DNA of 10,638 nt. It comes from Candidatus Bipolaricaulota bacterium (GTDB lineage Bacteria; Bipolaricaulota; Bipolaricaulia; UBA7950; UBA9294). Both the position numbers and the translations under genes were made by a program. The notes under the pieces were generated by a model. It was not told the origin of the DNA, did not search any database, and worked only from the letters and a program-made list of their open reading frames with translations. The stretch lies in the NCBI GenBank assembly GCA_040752575.1, contig JBFMGK010000045.1, positions 1-10,638 of the forward strand, read 5' to 3'. Shown piece by piece: positions 1-6,440 of this stretch; within the stretch, counting starts at the first letter, position 1, and each line of letters begins with the position of its first letter.

Positions 1-2640
1 ATCGGCGTCGGTGACGTTCTGCGCCGTGAACTGGACGTCCTCGCCCGTACTCGGGGCGGCCGGCGTCGCCGCGAGGTTTCCGACAACCGGCGGCGTGTTG
101 CCCACAGAGACGGTGTGCTCGACCGTTACCGTCGCATTCTGCGCGTCGGTCACGGTGAGTTTGACGGTGTAGGTCTTCTTCTCGGCGAACTGGTGCGTCG
201 GATTGGGCAGGGCGCTCTTCGCCGTACCGTCGCCGAAGTCCCAGTCGTAGGTGTGCGGCGTGCCCGCCGGCTGGTCGGAGTCCGTCACCGTCGATGTGAA
301 CGTCACGGTCTGGTTCTCGGCCGGCGCCTCCGGCGTCCACGTGAACGTCGCCGTCGGGACGACGTTCGGCGGTCCCTGCACGGTGATCGTCTTCGTGGCC
401 GTTCCGGTCACACCGCGAGCGTCGGTCACGGTCAGCGTCACCGTAAACGTCCCGCCGTTCGGGTAGCGGTGCGTCGGACTCTGCTGGGTCGACGTCGCTC
501 CGTCGCCGAAGTCCCAGCGCCAGCTCGTGATTGCGTCGCCGTCGGCATCGGTTGCCGCACCGGTGAACTGAATCGTCTGCTCGTAGGTGAAGTCGGCCTT
601 CGGCGTCGCCGACGCCGGCGCGACCGCGGCGACGCCGATCGTCGGCACCGGACGGTGGTTCGTTTCGAGCGTCCACTGGTTGCTCAGCGCCAGCTTGTCG
701 AAGCTGCTCTCCTTCTCGGTGTGCAGAACGCGCGTCTCGAGCTGGATCGTGCGGTTCGCGACCATGTCTTCGGGCTCGGCGATCGTGAGGTAGACGTCGA
801 GGTAGGTCTCGGCGCCGCCAGCGCGATCGGTCACGACGTTGTCGTGCGTCATCTCGACCCGCGCCCCGCCGGTGCGGAACCCGGTGAGGTCGGTCGTCTC
901 GCCGAGCTTGAGCGCCGTCCCGTCGAGCGTGTCGCGTCGCCAGATCTCGATCTTCGTCACGTCGGGGTTGCCGGACGCCGTGCCCAGGTTCTTGACGACG
1001 ACGGGATGGATCGTGACGTTGTCCGCGTCCTGGTCTCGGTCCTCGAGGCGAATCGTCTGTGCGAGGAGCCGTTGGCCCGAGTAGGCGACGCCGCCCTCGG
1101 GGGGCGTCTGGTTCTCGACAAACTCAAACCCCGGCTCGTAGAGGCCGAGCGCGTCGGGGTACGTCACCTGATCGCTCGGGTAGGCCACTCCCCCGGCAGG
1201 CTCCCGTCCCTCGATCCGGAACGCCGGCTTCAGCGTGTGCCCGTCGACTGGAACACCGATCGTGTAGTAGATCTTGAAGTCCTGGTCTTCATCGTCGTCG
1301 ACCACGAACGCAAGGCCGGCGGGGTCCAAGTCGTGCCAGTCGCCGGTCTTGAAGTCATCGAGTTCGTTGCCGGTCAATGTGACCAGCGTCGTCGCCCCGG
1401 CTTTGACCTCGATCTTCTCGATCTCGTCGCCGTCGGCCGAACCCATGTTGCGGATGTAGACGCGCCGCGTGTTCACGCCGTTGGCATTCGAGTCGTCGTC
1501 GTACGCGCGCACGGTCTGGACGACCACGTCGCCGGTCGCCGCGGTGCCCGAGGACAACGTCTCGCTCTCTTCCTCGATCCGCTCGAACCCCTGCTTGCGG
1601 ATCGTCTGCGTCGTCTCCGAGTCCACGCTCTGCTCGTAGTCGACCGCCTCGCCGTCGGCTCCCTCACCGGTTTCGGTGACGAACACGGTCGTGCGGGTGC
1701 GGATCGTCCGCCCGTCGGTCACGCTGTCCGCGTCGTCAATGCGGAACAGGGTCGTGACCGTCGCGCCGGCGTTGTCGGCGACCGTCGCCGGCAGCGCCTG
1801 GCCCTCGGTGCCGCCGTCGAGCGCGTCGCCGTCGCCGTTGTCGTCGCGGAGGAACCAGCCGTATTGAAAGCCCATCGGACTCGCCGGCGCCCAATTCCTC
1901 CAGCCCGACGTGTACTCGTTTCCTGCCACAGTGATCGTAACGTTGACCTCGTCAATATCGGCCGGAAGCGCCGTCCCGAGGTTCTCGACCTCGACGATGA
2001 CGTCGGTGCCCACCGCCTGGGTCCACGCGACGGCGCTGCCGTTGGCGTCGTCGTCGGTGAACACGGCGATCTGGACGATCTGCTCGTCAAGTGGGTTCAG
2101 GTACGCGGCATCGGGGGACGAGTCCTCGAGCGCGTCGAAGCCGCCCTTGCGAAGGATCTCGCCGGTCAGGTCGGAAATCCACGCGCTGGTCCCCGACTCG
2201 CCGTTGCGCACGTAGTGGATGCGACAGCGCAGGTTGACCGTCTCGCCGCCGTTCACGGCCGTTCCCACCGTCACGAAGATCTTCAGGTCATGGGTCGTGC
2301 CGGTCATCGCGAACCCGCCGAGGTTGATCGTCACGCCGGTTGACAGGCCGGCGATGTTCGTCGTCGTCCCGAGTTCGTCGCCACCGTCCATGACGGTGAT
2401 CTTGTCGATGTCCCCGTCTCCCGCGGTCCCGAGGTTCTGGACCGTGATCGACGCCAGGGTCACCGTCTCGCTCGCCCCCCGCGTGACGCGGATCTCCTGG
2501 ACCTTGATCGTGTCCGTCGGATTGAGGTTCCCCGCGGCGATGTTGCGGTCGGAGAACCCGGGCAACGCGGCCGCGGCAAGCGAGGCGAACCCCACCGCCA
2601 GCCCAACTAGCGCGAGGATGCGCCGGCACGTCGTACTCAT
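1..2640 (-). CDS. Large secreted/cell-surface protein: signal peptide, four degenerate acidic beta-rich repeats, at least 2 complete PKD domains and the start of a third (3' end outside window)
   Basis: Manual translation from ATG 2640 is open to position 1 (880 codons). SD AGGAGG at 2647-2652. N-terminus MSTTCRRILALVGLAVGFASLAAAA-LPGF resembles a Sec signal peptide. PKD motif WDFGDG at 499-516 (SWRWDFGDGATSTQQSPTHRYPNGGTFTVTLTVTD) and 226-243 (TYDWDFGDGTAKSALPNPTHQFAEKKTYTVKLTVTD). Absent from the ORF track because it has no stop in the window. Confidence 0.93.
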   Translation of the reverse strand, partial: MSTTCRRILALVGLAVGFASLAAAALPGFSDRNIAAGNLNPTDTIKVQEIRVTRGASETVTLASITVQNLGTAGDGDIDKITVMDGGDELGTTTNIAGLSTGVTINLGGFAMTGTTHDLKIFVTVGTAVNGGETVNLRCRIHYVRNGESGTSAWISDLTGEILRKGGFDALEDSSPDAAYLNPLDEQIVQIAVFTDDDANGSAVAWTQAVGTDVIVEVENLGTALPADIDEVNVTITVAGNEYTSGWRNWAPASPMGFQYGWFLRDDNGDGDALDGGTEGQALPATVADNAGATVTTLFRIDDADSVTDGRTIRTRTTVFVTETGEGADGEAVDYEQSVDSETTQTIRKQGFERIEEESETLSSGTAATGDVVVQTVRAYDDDSNANGVNTRRVYIRNMGSADGDEIEKIEVKAGATTLVTLTGNELDDFKTGDWHDLDPAGLAFVVDDDEDQDFKIYYTIGVPVDGHTLKPAFRIEGREPAGGVAYPSDQVTYPDALGLYEPGFEFVENQTPPEGGVAYSGQRLLAQTIRLEDRDQDADNVTIHPVVVKNLGTASGNPDVTKIEIWRRDTLDGTALKLGETTDLTGFRTGGARVEMTHDNVVTDRAGGAETYLDVYLTIAEPEDMVANRTIQLETRVLHTEKESSFDKLALSNQWTLETNHRPVPTIGVAAVAPASATPKADFTYEQTIQFTGAATDADGDAITSWRWDFGDGATSTQQSPTHRYPNGGTFTVTLTVTDARGVTGTATKTITVQGPPNVVPTATFTWTPEAPAENQTVTFTSTVTDSDQPAGTPHTYDWDFGDGTAKSALPNPTHQFAEKKTYTVKLTVTDAQNATVTVEHTVSVGNTPPVVGNLAATPAAPSTGEDVQFTAQNVTDAD

Positions 2641-2703
2641 TCTCGTCCTCCTGTGCGGCTTTCGAGGAAGGATCATCATCATCTCATGGTGCACTCCGAA
2701 GCG

Positions 2704-2731
2704 AGTATAGGGGGAAGTCCCGTCCTTTCAT
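2704..2731 (-). promoter_or_regulatory. Putative sigma70-type promoter of the PKD-protein gene
   Basis: Minus strand ATGAAA (2731-2726), 16 nt, TATACT (2709-2704), about 65 nt upstream of ATG 2640. Confidence 0.6.
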
Positions 2732-2815
2732 GAGAGGGGCGTCCACAGCCTCTCGCGTCTCTGTCGCCCGCCGATGGGACGTGTGTCCTCCACTACGCTC
2801 GCCGTTCGCCGTCGG

Positions 2816-2850
2816 TTGCGTCGCCCGTGCCGCATCGGTAGCCTTGCGGT
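2816..2850 (+). promoter_or_regulatory. Putative sigma70-type promoter placing the transcription start on the smpB ATG (leaderless)
   Basis: TTGCGT (2816-2821), 17 nt, TAGCCT (2839-2844), 6 nt, ATG 2851. No Shine-Dalgarno upstream. Confidence 0.7.
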
Positions 2851-3315
2851 ATGCCCGAAGCCGTCGCAACCAATCGCAAGGCACGACACGACTTCTCGAT
2901 CGAGGACACGATCGAGGCTGGGGTCGTGTTGTACGGCCCCGAGGTCAAGAGCCTTCGCGCCGGGCACTGCTCCCTCCAAGAGGGATACGCCGTTGTGCGC
3001 AACGGCGAGGCCGTGTTGAAGGGCGTCCACATCGCGCCTTACAAAGAGGGGGCGGGCTACAACCCCGAGCCGGCGCGCGACCGGCGCCTTCTCCTGCACA
3101 AGCACGAGCTGCGCCGCCTTTCGATCAAGCTCAAGGAGAAGGGGTACACGCTCGTCCCGCTGAAGGTCTACTTCAGCCATGGCTTCGCCAAGGTCGAACT
3201 GGGCCTGGCCAAGGGCAAGACGAACGTCGACAAGCGCCACAAGCTCCGCGAAGAAGACGACAAGCGCAAGATGCAGGAGGCGCTGAAGCGATTCTCGCGC
3301 GGGCAAAGCGTCTAG
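2851..3315 (+). CDS. smpB: SsrA-binding protein SmpB
   Basis: 154 aa with hallmark motifs NRKARHDF, EAGVVLYGPEVKSLR, HIAPY, RRLLLHKHE, TLVPLKVYF and LAKGK...DKR basic tail. Confidence 0.98.
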   Translation: MPEAVATNRKARHDFSIEDTIEAGVVLYGPEVKSLRAGHCSLQEGYAVVRNGEAVLKGVHIAPYKEGAGYNPEPARDRRLLLHKHELRRLSIKLKEKGYTLVPLKVYFSHGFAKVELGLAKGKTNVDKRHKLREEDDKRKMQEALKRFSRGQSV

Positions 3316-3366
3316 GTTGTGCGGGCGATTCCACCCAGCAACGAGATGTCCCGCGTCCGTGGGCCA

Positions 3367-3416
3367 TGGTTCGTAGGGCGAGACTCCGCGCTTGCGATCT
3401 TCCGCCCTGCGGACTA
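3367..3416 (+). terminator. Long GC-rich hairpin between convergent smpB and permease genes (possible terminator or 3' stabiliser, no U-tract)
   Basis: GTTCGTAGGGCG (3369-3380) pairs with CGCCCTGCGGAC (3403-3414), 12 bp including two G-U pairs on the + strand, extendable to 3367/3416. Inner AGA/TCT and CGC/GCG pairs. Confidence 0.5.
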
Positions 3417-3428
3417 CGAACTGAAGCC

Positions 3429-4628
3429 CTACGACCGGAACAGCACGGCCTCTCGCCGGAAGAGCTGAATGGCCAGCGCGATGAGCGCCGCGCCGCAGGC
3501 AACGTTGGCCACGAGGGTCAGAAGAATGTCGGCGTAGACTACGTCGCCGACGATGACTGCCTGAAGAACGTAGAGCGCGTTGGCCACCGGGACGAGAAAC
3601 TGAGCCCCATGCAGGGACGCCGTTCCGGTCATCGACACCATCCCGACCAGAACGATGATCATGTAGATCGGCAAGAGGTAGGTGCTCGCCTCTTTCTGAC
3701 TCCGCGCATAGGTGCCGACGATGATCACCAGCGCCGACAAGATCACGGCGAGCGGGACGAGCACGACGAGCATCCAGCCGAACGCAGACAGGTCAAGCCG
3801 GAAGATGGCCGCCGTGGGGAGGGAAGACGGCGTTAGGCCGCCGCCGAAGTAGCGCACTCCCACGAGAAGCCCGACCGCCGACAGCAAGGAAGCCGAGAGC
3901 GACACGGTGAGGACGGTCAGGAACTTGCCGAGGACGATCTCGGTCCGCGAGAGGTGGCTCACGAGCAACGTCGCAATCGTGCTGCGTTCTTTCTCGCCCG
4001 CGGTGATCTCGGCCCCGAGGCCCATCGCACCGGCGAGAATCGCCAGCACCATGAAGTACGGCAGAAGCCTTGATAGGAACATCCGTCCGAAGGACTCGCC
4101 CGTCGCGACGTCCACGGCACGCACGGAGAGTGGAGGCTGGAGTTCGTCGTACGCAACGCCCAACGCTTCAAGCTTCGCGACGACGACGTCACGCAAGTAG
4201 GACTCGAGGAAGCGGCGAACGCTCGCCGCCGCGATCGCGGCATACGGATCGCTTTGGTCGTAGTAGAGCGTGATCTCGAGGCCGAGTCCGCTTCCGCCCG
4301 ACTCCTTGTGCGCGTCGAGCGCTACGTGGCCTCGTTCGTCGCGCAGTGCCGCACGCGCTGTCTCGACGTCGCCGTACGCCGCCACTCGGAACTCCTGCGC
4401 CTCGGCGAGTGCCTGGCTGAACGTCGTGTCGCCGGCGCGATCGACGACGAGCACAGTAGGCCGTAGCGTCTCGACGCGCACGCGCTCGGCCTCGCCGAAC
4501 CGCGACATGACCGATACGACCATCGGATAGAAGATCAGCGGAAAAATGACGGTCAAGAAGAACGTCCGCCGGTCGCGCACCGCTCCGCGCAGCTCTTTGG
4601 CGAACAACAGACGGACGTTCTTGAGCAT
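3429..4628 (-). CDS. natB: ABC-2 type exporter permease, NatB-like
   Basis: 399 aa. KELRGAVRDRRT N-terminus, one TM, large extracytoplasmic loop, AGEKERSTIATLL...SRTEIVLGKF motif, ARSQKEA motif, further hydrophobic helices, ends FRREAVLFRS. ATG is 3 nt after the upstream stop. Na+ substrate is not established. Confidence 0.85.
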   Translation of the reverse strand: MLKNVRLLFAKELRGAVRDRRTFFLTVIFPLIFYPMVVSVMSRFGEAERVRVETLRPTVLVVDRAGDTTFSQALAEAQEFRVAAYGDVETARAALRDERGHVALDAHKESGGSGLGLEITLYYDQSDPYAAIAAASVRRFLESYLRDVVVAKLEALGVAYDELQPPLSVRAVDVATGESFGRMFLSRLLPYFMVLAILAGAMGLGAEITAGEKERSTIATLLVSHLSRTEIVLGKFLTVLTVSLSASLLSAVGLLVGVRYFGGGLTPSSLPTAAIFRLDLSAFGWMLVVLVPLAVILSALVIIVGTYARSQKEASTYLLPIYMIIVLVGMVSMTGTASLHGAQFLVPVANALYVLQAVIVGDVVYADILLTLVANVACGAALIALAIQLFRREAVLFRS

Positions 4629-4631
4629 GCC

Positions 4632-6323
4632 CTACGGCGCAGGAAGCAAGGAGGTTTCCGCGTCGGGATCGGCTTCCCCCGACTCGTCGGCCGCGGGAAG
4701 CTCGGGCTCTCCCTCGGCAGTCGGCGCCACCGTTTCCGACGCAGTCTGCGGCTCGGCCACCGCAACGCTCGCATAGGCCGTGCTCGATCCCGTCTGAACT
4801 CCGTCGCTCGGGGTCTCCTCCTGGCCATCAAGGGCCCGGCCCGGCGATCCGGTCTGGCCGAGCGCCGCGCCGGCAAGCTCGGTCTGCGTCGCCGGCGCAG
4901 GGCCTCCGACGGTCGCCGACGGAGCCGCCGCGGTCTGCGCAGGCGTCGAGGTCGGCGGCACGGTCTCGGACGGCGTGGCCGCAGCCTCCGGCTCCGCGGT
5001 CACGGTGGCCGTGGGCGCCTCGGTGGGCGCCGGGCCCACCGAGACGCTAACGGCATCGGGGTCGGAAGCCTGCGCTCCGCGGCTTGTCGGAGGCGCGTCG
5101 TCCTTGTAGAGGATGACCGTCTGGGGTTCCTCGGTGACGCCGGACGCGTTGCGGCTGTAGAACGTCACGGCTCTCGCCCCGTCTTCGCCGACGAGCGCGA
5201 ACGGAGTGGAGTAGACAAGCCATGGGCCCTCGTTGACCTGGTAGTACGTCGTCGTCTTGCCGTACGTCGACTCCTGAGTCCTTCGCAGCGTGAGCCTCGT
5301 CGCCGACGTCACCCAGGTTCCCCGGCCGTCGACGTACTTCGGCTCGCCGACCTCGAGGACCGTGACCGGCGCGTGGTTATCGAGCAGGAAGGGTGCCGTT
5401 CTCTTCGGCTCGCTGTTTCCGAGACGGTCGATGCCGTAGTACGTGATCCGGCGGGGGCCATCGGCGCCCGCAAGGTAGATGGGCCCCGTGTAGGTCAGCC
5501 ACGTCGCCCCATCGATCGAGTAACGGATCTCGGCCAGGCCGCTGCCCGGATCCTTCGACGTCAGCGTGATCGGCGTCTGAGAGGTCACGACCAGCGAACC
5601 GTCCGGAGCGACGAGATTGCCCGCGTAGCTCGGCCCGGCAGATTCGACCTGCGTCAGCTGCGCGGGCGAGGTCAAGAGCGGCTTGTGGTCGCCGATGGCG
5701 TAGTAGGGCGTATCGCCGAAGCCATCGCCATCGGCGTCGACTCCATCGTACTCGTCCCAGTAGTTGCCGCCGTTGGCGTCGTACCAGACGTTACGCCCCT
5801 CCGGATCCCGCGCCGCCAGGCCGTTGCTGAAGAAGCTGTTGCCAACGATGAGGTTGTCGCGCGACAAGGTAGCCATCATCACGCCGTAGCGGCTCTCGGC
5901 GATGACGTTTCCCTCGATCACGTTGCTCGACGAGTTCAGTAGGTACACCGCCGTGTCGGAGAGGCTGATCTGTGACCCCTCGAGACGTCCGTTGCGAACG
6001 GTGTTGAAAACGACCCCGGCGATTCGCGCGCGTTCGAACACGCAGTCGCGGATGACGAAGTGTTTCGTGGTGTGATCGACGTAGATCCCGTAGTCGGCGT
6101 TCGGCGCCTCGACGCGCCAGCCTTCGATAACGTACGGATCGGCCGCCGTTCCACTTCCGGACATCACGCCGTTCGCATACGTGAACCCCTCATCGCCGTA
6201 GATGTAGATCGGCTCGTGGCTCCCCCACCAGAGGAATTGACCTCCGACCTGTCCCCCCACCAGGCCGGCCGACGCGATGGCAGTCAAGAGAACCGCCGCC
6301 GCCCATGCGACCTTCCTGCCCAT
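4632..6323 (-). CDS. Secreted NosD/CASH parallel beta-helix protein with two Ig-like (OmpL47-type) domains and a Pro/Thr/Ala/Glu-rich tail
   Basis: Start reassigned to ATG 6323 behind a strong SD (AAGGAGGAGG), giving 563 aa. Signal-like MGRKVAWAAAVLLTAIASAG; HEPIYIYGD...GSGTAADPYVIEGW; beta-helix repeats (NSSSNVIEGNVI, SRDNLIVGNSF); GGNYWDEYDGVDADGDGFGDTPY; ITLTSKDPGSGLAEIRYSIDG...YYGIDRLGNSE plus a second copy; low-complexity tail. Confidence 0.85.
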   Translation of the reverse strand: MGRKVAWAAAVLLTAIASAGLVGGQVGGQFLWWGSHEPIYIYGDEGFTYANGVMSGSGTAADPYVIEGWRVEAPNADYGIYVDHTTKHFVIRDCVFERARIAGVVFNTVRNGRLEGSQISLSDTAVYLLNSSSNVIEGNVIAESRYGVMMATLSRDNLIVGNSFFSNGLAARDPEGRNVWYDANGGNYWDEYDGVDADGDGFGDTPYYAIGDHKPLLTSPAQLTQVESAGPSYAGNLVAPDGSLVVTSQTPITLTSKDPGSGLAEIRYSIDGATWLTYTGPIYLAGADGPRRITYYGIDRLGNSEPKRTAPFLLDNHAPVTVLEVGEPKYVDGRGTWVTSATRLTLRRTQESTYGKTTTYYQVNEGPWLVYSTPFALVGEDGARAVTFYSRNASGVTEEPQTVILYKDDAPPTSRGAQASDPDAVSVSVGPAPTEAPTATVTAEPEAAATPSETVPPTSTPAQTAAAPSATVGGPAPATQTELAGAALGQTGSPGRALDGQEETPSDGVQTGSSTAYASVAVAEPQTASETVAPTAEGEPELPAADESGEADPDAETSLLPAP

Positions 6324-6408
6324 GTTCCTCCTCCTTGCACATAGAAGCGGGGCCTGCCGGCGACTCGCGCGGCGCGACCCCACCCCTCGAATCTCTTGCG
6401 TCGCCTTC

Positions 6409-6437
6409 AGGATAGCACGCCGAGAGCCAGAAGGGAA
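6409..6437 (-). promoter_or_regulatory. Putative internal extended -10 promoter for the NosD-like gene and permease
   Basis: Minus strand TGC-TATCCT (6417-6409) with weak -35 TTCCCT (6437-6432) at 17-nt spacing, in the 117-nt gap after the ATPase stop. Confidence 0.55.
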
Positions 6438-6440
6438 CCC

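Noticed and set aside
226..516. Nucleotide direct repeat CCGTCGCCGAAGTCCCAG at about 227 and 500
   Set aside because: Explained by the two WDFGDG PKD motifs; not a CRISPR or mobile-element repeat.
115..2343. 742-aa + strand ORF
   Set aside because: Codon-aligned antisense shadow of the PKD-protein gene; Arg/Val/Gly-rich with no motifs, typical of high-GC DNA.
2671..2683. (ATC)4 microsatellite giving in-frame upstream ATGs (2682, 2679, 2676) for the PKD gene
   Set aside because: Too short for phase variation, a triplet unit would not shift frame, and these ATGs lack an SD while ATG 2640 has one.
3316..3428. tmRNA (ssrA) next to smpB
   Set aside because: Both flanking gaps are too short for a ~350-nt tmRNA and lack a T-arm plus CCA end.
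2728..3836. Overlapping ORFs 2730-3836 (+) and 2728-3306 (-)
   Set aside because: Alternative-frame and antisense shadows of smpB and the permease, with no motifs.
4632..6323. Call as true nosD of a nitrous oxide reductase cluster
   Set aside because: No nosZ/nosL/nosR in the window, the beta-helix is short, the His-x-Met copper motif is not evident, and extra Ig-like domains are present.
6324..6383. Upstream GTG start for the NosD-like protein, and a possible riboswitch in its leader
   Set aside because: The strong SD and signal peptide fit ATG 6323; leader stems are short and match no riboswitch consensus I recognise.
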